From positions 1 through 64,000 of the IMG/VR virus record IMGVR_UViG_3300042881_003464: DNA of 64,000 nt; one strand, 5' to 3'. Within the stretch, counting starts at the first letter, position 1; each line of letters begins with the position of its first letter. This DNA comes from a virus. The position numbers and the translations under genes were made by a program. The notes beneath the pieces were generated by a model that saw nothing but the letters and a program-made list of their open reading frames with translations, ran no database searches and was not told where the DNA came from. This document shows, one piece after another, positions 18,625 to 28,567 of the stretch.

Positions 18625-19653
18625 TTAGTTAGACTTTTGGCGAGCCCGAATCATGGCCAAGATATCTTCGGCCTTGTTGCCGCCAGCAGCTGGTTTCACC
18701 ACTGGTGCTGTGGCAGCTGGTACGTCGTCTTCGTCGTCAACAGCGGCTGTGACACTACTGGCAACTTTTGTTTGCACACCTCCACCGCCAGAAATTGGTC
18801 CAGAGGTACCACCACCTCCGCGTGCTACTGGAGTATCTTCGTCAACATCAGTGGCACCGCTGGGTGCTGCCATGCCTGCTGGACGGTAGTATTGACCCCA
18901 ACGGTCAGGATCAAATGGCTGTCCATCAACTGATGCTTCGAACATTTCTTTCATGACCTTGAGTTCAACTTCGCCTGGTTTCTTGGGCAGGAAGCTGGCA
19001 AGGTCAAACAAGCCAAACTTTTCAATTGCTTCTGCTTCTTCAGCAGTTAGTGAGCTTTCTTTGCGACTCCACTTTGAAGTGTTGTAGTCTGCGTAACCAC
19101 CCTTTTGTGTCTTGGCAATACGGAAGTCAAGACCGGCTGCATAGTCGGTGGGCATCTCAGTGAGCTCGGTGTCCATGAGTGCTGCCTTGATGATTGTAAA
19201 AATCTGAGGCCCAATGATAAAACGACGGATTGGGTTTTCGGGTGTTTTGTCTTCGCTCAGTGGATTCTCACGCACAAAGCCTTGAAACACATAACTGCGT
19301 TTCTTCCAGTATTTGCGACCCAGTTCTTCAAGACTTTTGTCTTTGAACCAAGGACGTACTTCTGCCAAGATTGGGCAGGCTTCGCCCCACATTTCTACGC
19401 AAGGTACCTGTACATAGGTTTGCTTGCTGTCGGCTTCGCCTTTGATGCCGTTAAATGGCAAGCGGATCATTGCACGCTCTACCCAAAAGAAAGTGTTCTT
19501 TGAGTTGCCATCAGGAAGGAAACGCACCAGTGCGCTGGTTCCTTCTGCTATGTTCCAATGTGGGAAAATTGCGTTGTCGCCACCGCCGGATTGACCGCCT
19601 TTGTTCGACTCTGCGGCTTGAAGTCGTGCGCGGATTTCTGCTAATGAGGCCAT
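18625..19653 (-). CDS. gp32: Single-stranded DNA-binding protein, T4 gp32-like
   Basis: VRFLPD, CP, YWKKRSY, KGGYADY.TS.W; strong AAAGGAGA SD. Confidence 0.88.
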   Translation of the reverse strand: MASLAEIRARLQAAESNKGGQSGGGDNAIFPHWNIAEGTSALVRFLPDGNSKNTFFWVERAMIRLPFNGIKGEADSKQTYVQVPCVEMWGEACPILAEVRPWFKDKSLEELGRKYWKKRSYVFQGFVRENPLSEDKTPENPIRRFIIGPQIFTIIKAALMDTELTEMPTDYAAGLDFRIAKTQKGGYADYNTSKWSRKESSLTAEEAEAIEKFGLFDLASFLPKKPGEVELKVMKEMFEASVDGQPFDPDRWGQYYRPAGMAAPSGATDVDEDTPVARGGGGTSGPISGGGGVQTKVASSVTAAVDDEDDVPAATAPVVKPAAGGNKAEDILAMIRARQKSN

Positions 19654-19721
19654 AATGTTTTCTCCTTTAATATGCCTAAGTTTTGCCTAATATGCCTTGC
19701 GGCATGTGCCTATACACTCAA

Positions 19722-19754
19722 TAAAAAAGCGCATACACACAGAGTATATGCGCT
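19722..19754 (-). terminator. Intrinsic terminator-like hairpin
   Basis: AGCGCATATAC-TCTGT-GTGTATGCGCT followed by TTTTTAT on the minus strand. Confidence 0.7.
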
Positions 19755-19772
19755 ATTGCTACTGCGTGTCAA
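19743..19772 (-). promoter_or_regulatory. sigma70 promoter for the gp32 operon
   Basis: TTGACA-18 bp-TATACT; the -10 lies in the 5' arm of the hairpin. Confidence 0.65.
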
Positions 19773-19775
19773 TGT

Positions 19776-19781
19776 TATTTA
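19776..19781 (-). promoter_or_regulatory. Late promoter core TAAATA
   Basis: Motif in the intergenic region upstream of gp32. Confidence 0.5.
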
Positions 19782-19783
19782 GT

Positions 19784-21199
19784 TCACATTTTGCCTATTA
19801 AACTTTTTAATCTTGCCAATTCTGACTCTTTCATGATACTCACGCCAGTTTCATTGGGGTTTCCCTCAAATGTGGCTAGATTGTCTGCTTCATCCACTGC
19901 GGGCTGTGATGCTTGTTTGTCGTCTGTGGTCTGTAATCTTACCAAAACTTCTCTAATGTCATTGTTACTGGTCATCTGTTCTAGACGCTGCATGATCAAA
20001 GGCTTGGCGTCAGCTTCAGGATCTCTTGATGCTAGATCTCTAAGTTCATCATACAACTGATCATCACCAAGCACACCGTCAAGTTGTGATATCACAGGCT
20101 CAGCGTCTGCTCCCACGGGTATAGTGGGTTGTGATAGTAGATCCACTAATTGTTGTTTGGCTTCAGGATTATCTGGTGTGTGCCAAATACCTTCGGCAAC
20201 GTTGGCTATCCAGGTTTCAAAGATTTCAGCTTCACGTGGTATTGATTCCTGTTGCTGGAGTGATACCAACAAAGGCAGTGCTTGTTCAATACGTTGGTCA
20301 AGAGTTTGTTCAATAAACAGTTGACGAACTTCTTCCACAAGCTTTTCTTCGGGCTTGATTTCCATTGGTTGCCAGTTTTCAAAGTAGTTGGCATAGCCCC
20401 TATGACTTTGTAGGCTTTTTAAATTTTGACGCAGAGTGGTATAGTAAGTGTTGCCCTGTTCAGCTAACGCACCTGCTTGACCTTCTAGAATGCGTCCTTG
20501 ATTGGCCTTGCGAAATCTTGATAGGATTGATAGGCTTTCAACAATACCAGCGATATGTACGCCACGAGGATCATAAGGACGGCCACCTTGACGCACATGC
20601 TCTAGCATGGCTCTACCCCCGCCAAGATTGCGGAATGGCAGTTTGAATCTTTCTCCGTCGGCAGTTTCAATAAACAGACTTTCTACATAACGATATCTTG
20701 CATCGTTTTCACCAAGAGTTCTGTTGTGTTTGATTACCAATCTTGCCTGTGTGGCTTCGCCCATGTAACTGACCTTGCGTGTGCCATAATAACTTTCAAA
20801 CAGGCCCTCTTTCACAGTTGATAAATTGGTGAGTGCAAACTTCAGCCTATTGATGTTTTGTGGAGTAAAGTTCATGAAATTTTTACTGGCAAACTTCTTT
20901 AGGTGTCTAAGGAACTGAAACCACTCTTCTTTATCAGCGTCCTCCATACCACGTCCCAGATTATCGCCAAAATACAGATTTAACACATTGTCGCTGTCAA
21001 TAAGAATTTCCGCTGTGCCGTAGTCTTTGCCAGATGAGCTGGTCCAATCAAACACAAACAGTTTGCCTTCGCCGATGTCCACTTCACCAGTCTTGGGATC
21101 AACTGGATTTTTACCTGTTTTAGGATCTAAAACTTCGGGATCAAGTCCGCGACTGGTCAACAAATTGTACAGATCTACAGAAATATTGGATGCGCTCAT
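19784..21199 (-). CDS. Hypothetical late protein (possibly virion or prohead associated)
   Basis: 471 aa, late promoter 7 nt upstream, C-terminal ELARLKSLIG motif. Confidence 0.65.
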   Translation of the reverse strand: MSASNISVDLYNLLTSRGLDPEVLDPKTGKNPVDPKTGEVDIGEGKLFVFDWTSSSGKDYGTAEILIDSDNVLNLYFGDNLGRGMEDADKEEWFQFLRHLKKFASKNFMNFTPQNINRLKFALTNLSTVKEGLFESYYGTRKVSYMGEATQARLVIKHNRTLGENDARYRYVESLFIETADGERFKLPFRNLGGGRAMLEHVRQGGRPYDPRGVHIAGIVESLSILSRFRKANQGRILEGQAGALAEQGNTYYTTLRQNLKSLQSHRGYANYFENWQPMEIKPEEKLVEEVRQLFIEQTLDQRIEQALPLLVSLQQQESIPREAEIFETWIANVAEGIWHTPDNPEAKQQLVDLLSQPTIPVGADAEPVISQLDGVLGDDQLYDELRDLASRDPEADAKPLIMQRLEQMTSNNDIREVLVRLQTTDDKQASQPAVDEADNLATFEGNPNETGVSIMKESELARLKSLIGKM

Positions 21200-21206
21200 A
21201 GTCTAT

Positions 21207-21212
21207 TATTTA
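21207..21212 (-). promoter_or_regulatory. Late promoter core TAAATA
   Basis: Overlaps the terminase stop; 7 nt before ATG 21199. Confidence 0.6.
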
Positions 21213-22775
21213 GCGGGCCAAGCTAATGAAGGGCATGGGTTCAATCACTACATCACCATGGTCGCGTACATGCTGATCTAGCTCGCTATGATAGGTCTGC
21301 AAAATCTGCAACATGCGCACCACTAAAATAGTGGCCATGATCAAGTCATCATGTTCGCCCACTTTGGCACAGTATGTGTTGCCCGAAGCCACAAAGTTTT
21401 TGAATTCGCTAACCAAGGGCTTGCTGTTGATTTTCATACGCCCAGATTCTATTAGATTTTTCAACTTTGCACAGGCCGCTAGTTTGCTTTTATTGGTGGT
21501 GTTAAAGCCCTTGCGCGATCGCCGCTGTCCTGGGCTGTTGGTGTCACTTAGAAAATAACCTGATATCTTGTCTTCTCCCCACTCATTGATAGATATCAAT
21601 GCTGCTTCACCAATGGTATTGTTTTCCACACTGTAATATATGTTCTGTGGGTCTTTTACAACGTCATAAAGTTCTTCAATAATACCAGCCATGATACGGA
21701 TCTGTCCGGGTATGTCTGTTTGATTGTGACGCCATTCTGCTACTTGTATTGTGGTGTTGGCTTCAAACACTTGTATTGCCGCTGGATCTCCGCCAGTGCC
21801 CAGACTGGGATCAAGGCCCACGCAATATATCTTGTTGGGATCTATGTTTTTGTACCAACGCACTTGCCCAGACTTACGAATGGGCTCCAGGCCTTCAAGA
21901 TCCAATAACTTGATCGAGGATATTAGCGTTTCATCGTTGATGATGAATTCGCATTCCATTTCACGACGAAATCGTTCTTCGCCTAGCGCAGCTCTTTGTT
22001 GTGCTGCCCAGGTTTCGTCACGGTCAGGATGCTCTTGCCAGCGAGATCTAAAGGCCTTGAATCCGTTGATACCAATGGGAGTAGGATTCCCAAATGAGTC
22101 CTCGCACTTGTTGGCACCTTTCCAAATTTCTGCAAATTGATCTTCATCTGAGTTAGGTGTGCTTGTTATAATTGCTTTACCACCTGTGGCCAGTGTGGGT
22201 GCAATAGAGGTCCAAAATTCTCTAGCTATAGTTGGACGTACAAACGCAAACTCATCAGCATACAGCAGTGAAATACTCATACCACGACCAGTGTTTTCTG
22301 TAGTGGTTTGTGATACAATGCGGCTACCATTTTCAAATTCTATGCTGCCTTTGTTGTAGTTGACAACACCTGCTCTGATATGATCTGGACAGGCTTCATA
22401 ACCAAAACGCACTCGCTGCATGATTTCCTGCGCTCCTAGATACTTGTGAGCTGCTACCAATATGGTGCTGTCTGGAATAAACATGGCGTACCAAAGTAGA
22501 TAACCTGCTGCCACTGTGCTTTTGCCAGTCTGTCGAGGCATCATGGAGATGCTAAAGCGATTTTGATGATATGTGTCAATCAAACGCTTTTGATAAGGAA
22601 ACGGATGCAATAGCATGCGTCCCTTGACTGGATGTTGAATAAAGAAAAAATTGTCAAGAAAATAATGAGGGCCGTTGACTTGATCAGCGCATTGGGCGAA
22701 TTCCGTGAGTTCGCCCTGACTGTACATCATGGGCTTGTGTGCTGGTTTTATTAGTACTGATTCTAAAGTGCTCAT
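21210..22775 (-). CDS. gp17: Terminase large subunit (T4 gp17-like)
   Basis: PRQTGKS Walker A, LLYADEFAFV Walker B, ITSTPN, F.RE.ECEF, GLDP, VENN, HDDL; likely start MSTLES at 22775. Confidence 0.95.
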   Translation of the reverse strand: MSTLESVLIKPAHKPMMYSQGELTEFAQCADQVNGPHYFLDNFFFIQHPVKGRMLLHPFPYQKRLIDTYHQNRFSISMMPRQTGKSTVAAGYLLWYAMFIPDSTILVAAHKYLGAQEIMQRVRFGYEACPDHIRAGVVNYNKGSIEFENGSRIVSQTTTENTGRGMSISLLYADEFAFVRPTIAREFWTSIAPTLATGGKAIITSTPNSDEDQFAEIWKGANKCEDSFGNPTPIGINGFKAFRSRWQEHPDRDETWAAQQRAALGEERFRREMECEFIINDETLISSIKLLDLEGLEPIRKSGQVRWYKNIDPNKIYCVGLDPSLGTGGDPAAIQVFEANTTIQVAEWRHNQTDIPGQIRIMAGIIEELYDVVKDPQNIYYSVENNTIGEAALISINEWGEDKISGYFLSDTNSPGQRRSRKGFNTTNKSKLAACAKLKNLIESGRMKINSKPLVSEFKNFVASGNTYCAKVGEHDDLIMATILVVRMLQILQTYHSELDQHVRDHGDVVIEPMPFISLAR

Positions 22776-22779
22776 GCCA

Positions 22780-23007
22780 TTATTTACTAATGGGCTTTTC
22801 ACCGGTTAGATAAGGCAGGCTGAACCATAATTGGAACCATTCAGGAGTGCCTGGTTGGATATTGTGTTTGCGTTGCAGTTCTGCTTTTTCGTTGCCAGTG
22901 ACGCTGATGTTAGATCCTTCAGGTGTATATGCTGTCATACGAGCAGCATTGCCAAAAGGCCTAATACCACTGAGTTGTTGTAGCCGTTCTAGAGTCACTG
23001 GCACCAC
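22780..23007 (-). CDS. Hypothetical small protein
   Basis: LERLQQLSGI and IQPGTPEWFQLWF; coupled to the nuclease stop (start uncertain, possibly 22998). Confidence 0.6.
   Translation of the reverse strand: MVPVTLERLQQLSGIRPFGNAARMTAYTPEGSNISVTGNEKAELQRKHNIQPGTPEWFQLWFSLPYLTGEKPISK
22781..22786 (-). promoter_or_regulatory. Late promoter core TAAATA, 5 nt before the terminase ATG
   Basis: GTAAATAatggcATG. Confidence 0.6.
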
Positions 23008-23429
23008 GACTGTTTGGCTTCACCGTAATACTCACGTGCGTAACCATTTTGAATTAGCATAGCACGTAGACTTTGTCCATCTAGGATCATGTCACCCAGC
23101 ACACGACCGCCAAACTTATCCCAACCATAGAGTATCACTTGGCGTTTTAGACTTTTAGCCACTGCATTCTTAGTAAAAGCCGTGGCAGCTTGTCCACGTT
23201 GGTCTTCACTGGCACACTGCGCACGATGACCTTTTTCAGGGGTGTCTACACCATAAACACGCACAGCTAGTTCTGGTTTGAGTGGTGCAGGCAAAAATGG
23301 AGCTGATATTACAACTGTGTCACCGTCATTGACTCTAAGAACCTGTGCGTCGTATGTGACGCCCTGTGGCGCCTTTTGAGCAAACACAAAGCCAGGAAGC
23401 AATATTAAAATAGTCAAAAGTTTTTTCAT
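22995..23429 (-). CDS. Thermonuclease (SNase-like) with signal peptide
   Basis: RVNDGDT, VRVYGVDTPE, DKFGGRVL, GYAREY; MKKLL...VFA signal peptide. Confidence 0.88.
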   Translation of the reverse strand: MKKLLTILILLPGFVFAQKAPQGVTYDAQVLRVNDGDTVVISAPFLPAPLKPELAVRVYGVDTPEKGHRAQCASEDQRGQAATAFTKNAVAKSLKRQVILYGWDKFGGRVLGDMILDGQSLRAMLIQNGYAREYYGEAKQSWCQ

Positions 23430-23430
23430 G

Positions 23431-24345
23431 TTATTTCCAAATCTCGAATTGAATGTTTAGGCTAGTGTTTGAAGCTGCCCAATAAAATGTAGATTGCCAC
23501 CACTCGTAAGCACTATTGTTTTGATTATTCGTAACCAATAATCTAAATCTTGTGCTGTCATAAGGCACTACCATGATTTGATTGTTCCAATGACCAGGCT
23601 GCACAATACCCCCAACAGTGGGAATATGATGTTGACACATACCATGGACATCGCCTGTCCAGGCATTGACACCATTATACAGAGGATTATAGGTGGTGTT
23701 GAATACTACACCTGTGGGTAAAGATAACAGGTAGGCCCCTGAACCTTGATTCCCGCCTTGAAAACCTAGTTTGTAAGTTAAACGTAGTTTATCTCCAACT
23801 GTCTGCGATTCAATGCGCTGTACAGTTCTTGTGCCTGTGGTAGGGGCGGTAACCGTTGCTCCAAGAGTAATAGTGTTTTGTACTGTGGTATTACTGATGC
23901 CTAATCCCGCTGGTCCAGTATCACCTTTTGGTCCTTGCGGCCCTGGTGCACCAATATCACCGGTGTCGCCTTTTGGTCCTTGTGGTCCAATTGCCCCAGT
24001 ATCACCCTTAGGTCCCTGTGGTCCTTGGATGCCTTGCGGTCCAGTGGAACCAGTGTCACCTTTTGGTCCTGGTGGTCCAGCATCACCTTTAGTGCCAGCT
24101 ATGTTATTTTCTGAAAATGTTAAATTGTTGCCATTAAATGCTGTGGTTTGTTCTGTGCCATCAGGAAAAATTAGAGTTCCATTGTTTTGAAATCTCCAGG
24201 TTTTATTAGATTCATCATTGGAATTAACAACAATATCAACATTACCTGATGATTTTAAGGCTGCATGATTGGTAGTAATCTCCATGCGATTATGGATATC
24301 ATTGGTACTTGGACCCATAATAGATCTACCTGCATTGAAAGCCAT
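23431..24345 (-). CDS. Collagen triple-helix-containing fibre protein
   Basis: About 20 G-X-Y triplets (GPQGPKGDT units) between N- and C-terminal globular domains. Confidence 0.8.
   Translation of the reverse strand: MAFNAGRSIMGPSTNDIHNRMEITTNHAALKSSGNVDIVVNSNDESNKTWRFQNNGTLIFPDGTEQTTAFNGNNLTFSENNIAGTKGDAGPPGPKGDTGSTGPQGIQGPQGPKGDTGAIGPQGPKGDTGDIGAPGPQGPKGDTGPAGLGISNTTVQNTITLGATVTAPTTGTRTVQRIESQTVGDKLRLTYKLGFQGGNQGSGAYLLSLPTGVVFNTTYNPLYNGVNAWTGDVHGMCQHHIPTVGGIVQPGHWNNQIMVVPYDSTRFRLLVTNNQNNSAYEWWQSTFYWAASNTSLNIQFEIWK
23905..24096 (-). repeat. Collagen-like (G-X-Y)n coding repeat
   Basis: Recurrent [10 protein letters not shown] units. Confidence 0.85.
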
Positions 24346-24346
24346 A

Positions 24347-25975
24347 TTATGTCATTTCCTGCCATTCAATGCTGGCGTAAATGTCTTGATTCTGTCCGGT
24401 AGTGGCCATGGTGATCACATACTCATAGGGTACGCCAGTGAATGGTTCACGTTCCAACTGATAGACAAATGAGAACTGTTCTTGTGTTGGAGCACTAGCA
24501 CTTTGATTGGTGCTGTTGATAAAACTCTGTTCCACAATGTCGCCTGACACCAAGGCTGTGGGAGCTAGGTTGTATTGTACTGCACTGTCAGCGGCTGAAT
24601 CAACCCAAGTACCACCAGACGTAATGGCATATTTGTAAACTCTAAACTGGAAAAAGCTCTGAGCCAAAGGTACAATACTGTAGTTAATGGGCACAACCAC
24701 CGCGTCCAACATAGTGGGTTTGAGTCTAATGGCTATCACAGGTACAAAACTCACATCATTGGGCAATCGTCGAGGAGTTCCTATCAAGTGTGAAGCAGCT
24801 CGCGGATTGCCCAACAACTGATAACCACCTTCTGAAATCACACTGGAGCAGATTTGCCGCAGGCTACTGGGCGATGCCGTAGTGCCAGTGTTGGTGATTT
24901 CCAAACGCAAAGGCAGCGTGGCTGTGGTGGTATAGGTTGTGGTGTTATTGACGAATGCTGTACTAGGCACGTTGGCATGATGGAAATGATGACATTCAAC
25001 GTAGTTGCCATCGATGATAAATCCTACCCGCACCGTTCCCACACCTAACCATTCAATGTCACAGAACCAGATCTGGTCTAGGGCTGTATTAAGTTCAATA
25101 CCACTTGGATTACTTGCGCCACCTAATCCAGACAATGTATCTACGTTCCAGTTAGCCTGTAGTACTCTATCTTCCACAATGGCACCCGAACTGTAGCTAC
25201 GGATCACCATGTAAAGATCAGTACCGGTGACTTCAAAGTATATGCCATTCTGAGCACCAAAATAACCCACACGCTGGCGCAGATTGACTTTGGCTTCATT
25301 CATACAGAATGACTGATAGATCAGCAGACTCTTGCCAGGTTGATAGGTAAAAGTTCTAACAGTTTCTCTAAGCACTTGGTCGCCAGATGCTGTGCCCACT
25401 GAACACAAAAATGAACTGGAGTTGGCATTGTAGACCACATTGGCAGTGGCACCAGTAATAGATGAACTGAACTGTTCATGATCATAATATCTAGCCTGTG
25501 TATCAAATATAGTAACAGGATTGCTGACACGCAAGCGGCCAAACGCATCTTTGAGTCCATCACCAAATGAACTTATGGCAACATTACCACCGGTGACATT
25601 GGCATTGACTGTGCCATCAACAGTGATTGATCCACCACCATCAACAACTGTGACGTTGCCGGTAATACCAGCTAGGTTGCCGTTTATTCCCACATTGCCA
25701 GATGTGATAGCTACGTTGGTATTGCCAGTAATGACCCATGGACTGGTGCCTTGGTACACAGTTACATTACCTGAACTTACTGTGACCGGCAGTGTGTTGC
25801 CTGAAATATCAACGTTGCCAAGACTACCAATAGCAACATTGCCCACTGACACGTTGCCAATAATAGCAGCATTGGTACGCACAAACACCTGGCCTGTGGC
25901 TGCATTAAGCTCCAGTGCCTGCGTGATGTTACGCAGGTACCACGGTGCTACTTCACTTGGATTTGGCTCAGCCAT
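24347..25975 (-). CDS. Putative virion structural protein (beta-rich)
   Basis: [36 protein letters not shown]; Asn/Val/Gly-rich N-terminus. Confidence 0.6.
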   Translation of the reverse strand: MAEPNPSEVAPWYLRNITQALELNAATGQVFVRTNAAIIGNVSVGNVAIGSLGNVDISGNTLPVTVSSGNVTVYQGTSPWVITGNTNVAITSGNVGINGNLAGITGNVTVVDGGGSITVDGTVNANVTGGNVAISSFGDGLKDAFGRLRVSNPVTIFDTQARYYDHEQFSSSITGATANVVYNANSSSFLCSVGTASGDQVLRETVRTFTYQPGKSLLIYQSFCMNEAKVNLRQRVGYFGAQNGIYFEVTGTDLYMVIRSYSSGAIVEDRVLQANWNVDTLSGLGGASNPSGIELNTALDQIWFCDIEWLGVGTVRVGFIIDGNYVECHHFHHANVPSTAFVNNTTTYTTTATLPLRLEITNTGTTASPSSLRQICSSVISEGGYQLLGNPRAASHLIGTPRRLPNDVSFVPVIAIRLKPTMLDAVVVPINYSIVPLAQSFFQFRVYKYAITSGGTWVDSAADSAVQYNLAPTALVSGDIVEQSFINSTNQSASAPTQEQFSFVYQLEREPFTGVPYEYVITMATTGQNQDIYASIEWQEMT

Positions 25976-26361
25976 TATCGTGGATATCCTTTAAAACCTT
26001 TTACCACACTTTTGTTGTTGACAAAATTAGGTTCTTGGCTCTCTGGTGAGCTCACCACTTTTTTACCACCAGGCGTATTGGTCATTTGCAAAGCTTTATC
26101 GATTATTTTTCCAATACCACCGTTCATGCCCACTACCACTGCATTTTTACCAAATGCTGCTTCTGCACTCCACTCCGGTTTGTAAGGATTTACGTCATCT
26201 GGTTTGGCATCTGATCGAGCTCTGGCCACTGCCACACCCATTCTGTAGGTTTGATAAGGATCGCTGCTTTTTAATCCTGGAAGATTATACGCATATCTCA
26301 TGGGTTCGGCTGATTCAGGGGGCAGTTCCCGCTGCTCACGTATGAACTCACGAGCTCTCAT
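25975..26361 (-). CDS. Putative head-internal protein, paralog A
   Basis: MRAREFIRE N-terminus resembling a T4 capsid-targeting sequence; ends FKGYPR. Confidence 0.55.
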   Translation of the reverse strand: MRAREFIREQRELPPESAEPMRYAYNLPGLKSSDPYQTYRMGVAVARARSDAKPDDVNPYKPEWSAEAAFGKNAVVVGMNGGIGKIIDKALQMTNTPGGKKVVSSPESQEPNFVNNKSVVKGFKGYPR

Positions 26362-26729
26362 CTTGGATAACCTTTAAAAGCCCGGATAGGACTTTGTTTG
26401 TCGGTACTAGGAGGCTCCTCGGAGTCCATGTCACCGTTGTTGAGATCGTGCCAATCAGCACCGGCTGCTTTGTAGGCCATCTTCAACATGTCTTGTTCTT
26501 CTTTGGTATAGGGATGTGCGGTTTTGTGTTTGCCTACCCAACTGAGTTTGTTAAGCTCAGGCACAAAAGTTCCATCTGTAGAAGCCAAGGCCATCATCAC
26601 ACGATTGAGTGTGTAATCGCTGTTCCACTTATCGCCGTCACTGAAAATGTTCAATCCGCGGGTGGGGAATCGTTTGCCTTTGCTGAGTTTGGCATTTGTT
26701 GCTTCTTTGATGAATTCTTTGGCTCGCAT
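26358..26729 (-). CDS. Putative head-internal protein, paralog B
   Basis: MRAKEFIKE N-terminus; ends FKGYPR; ATGA coupling. Confidence 0.55.
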   Translation of the reverse strand: MRAKEFIKEATNAKLSKGKRFPTRGLNIFSDGDKWNSDYTLNRVMMALASTDGTFVPELNKLSWVGKHKTAHPYTKEEQDMLKMAYKAAGADWHDLNNGDMDSEEPPSTDKQSPIRAFKGYPR

Positions 26730-26739
26730 GCTGCTCTCT

Positions 26740-27036
26740 TTACAAGGACATCACAGCAGCGTTACCAGAACTTTCTGTGCCTAGTTCACTGATACTGGCG
26801 TTGCCGCCAGCAATGGTAATAAAGTTGCCTACTCCCACAAACATATCCATGCTGCTGTTAGCAGGTATGATCACTGCATTGCTATAAATTGTGTCGCTGG
26901 TCACACCAGCATTGGCCACATTTGCTACGTTGACCTGAAAGGTAACCGCATTGGTGCCTGTGTTGATTTGTACTTTGTCGGTGCGCCATACCACATTGGT
27001 CTGTGCTCCGGTATAAACATTTACTTGACTGGCCAT
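26740..27036 (-). CDS. Hypothetical small beta-rich protein
   Basis: AAGGA SD; 98-aa ORF in the late operon. Confidence 0.65.
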   Translation of the reverse strand: MASQVNVYTGAQTNVVWRTDKVQINTGTNAVTFQVNVANVANAGVTSDTIYSNAVIIPANSSMDMFVGVGNFITIAGGNASISELGTESSGNAAVMSL

Positions 27037-27050
27037 ATTTTATTCCTTGA

Positions 27051-28565
27051 TTACCACTTACGGCAACTCCAATAGCGTGCTTTGGTTTTTGGTCCCGGAT
27101 TCTCGCAGCGATGGCGTGCTCTAAAACTGCGACGACGTGCAGGATTTGATTTTTTGATACGCATGGTTTTGTCGCCAAAGTTTACTTTTTTCACATTGCC
27201 TGTTGTGGGATCTTTGACATATACCTTGAACTTTTTAACATCGCCTGCTGTAGGCTTGTTGAGTTGAACTTCGCGTCCTTGATATTTCGCTTCATCCATA
27301 TCAACTTCTTCAAGCTCTCTAGCTAGATTTGATTCAATGTAGTCTGCTGCTGTGTCTACATAATCAGCTGCTTTGTTGATCTTGGATTGTACCCACTCTG
27401 GCATGTTTTCGTTGTCATCTAACATACCTGTGAGTCTGCGAGCAGCTCTTACTATGGTCTGCAGATCGTCTTTGGCCATGTCGCCTTCATAATCATACTC
27501 ACCTTGATCTGCTATGTTTGGTTCTTCACAATCACAGTTTTCTGCCATGTCAGAGATACCAGACAGTTTACGAATGCGATTCATTTCTTCAAGATCTTCG
27601 TTGCTCTTGTTGCCCCAGTTCTTGGCGCCTTTTTTGCGGCATTGTACCAAGGCACCTGATGCGTAGGCCGACGGCCATACTTTGTAGCGACTGCGTACCT
27701 TGTGATAGCAAGCATCTTGTTTTTCAGCTAAGGCCTCGTCCTCGTACATAGGACCTCCGCAGTGGGGACAGGCTTGTTCACTAACAGGCACACAGTTTGG
27801 CACCATGCGGTCGCCTTTTTTCTTCATGCCTTGTTGTTCATAGCCATCCCAGCAGCGTTCGTCTAGTTGTTCTTCGTTGGTTTTCTTTGTGGCTACATTG
27901 ATAGCCTTGCCACTGCGTTCTGGATTAGGATCTTCTCTGCGTTTGCGGCTAGCGGCCGACGCACGGCCTTTTTTACCCAGTGCATGTGCCTTGGCCTGTG
28001 GCAAACACTTAGGCTTGCCTTCTGAATCATCACCACGAGCACAGTCGCCACGTATCTTACCGTCTGGACCAAAACGCACCCATTTTTGTTTGAACCAATT
28101 GCGTAGATTTTCTTCCATAGTACGTGGCACAATGTATCCCTGGTTTCTTCCCAGATGAAATTCGCCTACGATATCTCCGTCCCAGGTCTGTGCTACCACA
28201 TGCACTTGATTTTTTCCTAGGTGAGTATCTGCGCCCATGCTTTTGACTTGATCCAGCCAGCTGTCATAATCTGTTACTAGCTTTTTTGCCGGCGCAACTT
28301 CTGCTACTTCTTCTTCGGTGTCGTAGTCATATTGATCAACTTCAGTGCCATCAACATCAATCATTTTGTCTTCAAAGGCACCAATAGCCTCCAGCAACTC
28401 CAACACAGTGTCGTCGGCTAGCAGAGTAATACTATCGTGATCATGCTCAATGATTTCGCTTTCTAACAGTACCTCTTCACGCAGATTGAACGCAAACAAA
28501 TCGCCCGTTACCGGACGATTTTGTACTTGTTGTTGCTGTTCAAAGTAATCACGCAGTTTTTTCAT
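27051..28565 (-). CDS. Modular protein of basic/Cys mini-domains with acidic linkers (putative head-internal polyprotein)
   Basis: Likely start MKKLRDYFE at 28565; alternating acidic linkers ending in E and basic modules. Confidence 0.6.
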   Translation of the reverse strand: MKKLRDYFEQQQQVQNRPVTGDLFAFNLREEVLLESEIIEHDHDSITLLADDTVLELLEAIGAFEDKMIDVDGTEVDQYDYDTEEEVAEVAPAKKLVTDYDSWLDQVKSMGADTHLGKNQVHVVAQTWDGDIVGEFHLGRNQGYIVPRTMEENLRNWFKQKWVRFGPDGKIRGDCARGDDSEGKPKCLPQAKAHALGKKGRASAASRKRREDPNPERSGKAINVATKKTNEEQLDERCWDGYEQQGMKKKGDRMVPNCVPVSEQACPHCGGPMYEDEALAEKQDACYHKVRSRYKVWPSAYASGALVQCRKKGAKNWGNKSNEDLEEMNRIRKLSGISDMAENCDCEEPNIADQGEYDYEGDMAKDDLQTIVRAARRLTGMLDDNENMPEWVQSKINKAADYVDTAADYIESNLARELEEVDMDEAKYQGREVQLNKPTAGDVKKFKVYVKDPTTGNVKKVNFGDKTMRIKKSNPARRRSFRARHRCENPGPKTKARYWSCRKW

Positions 28566-28567
28566 CT

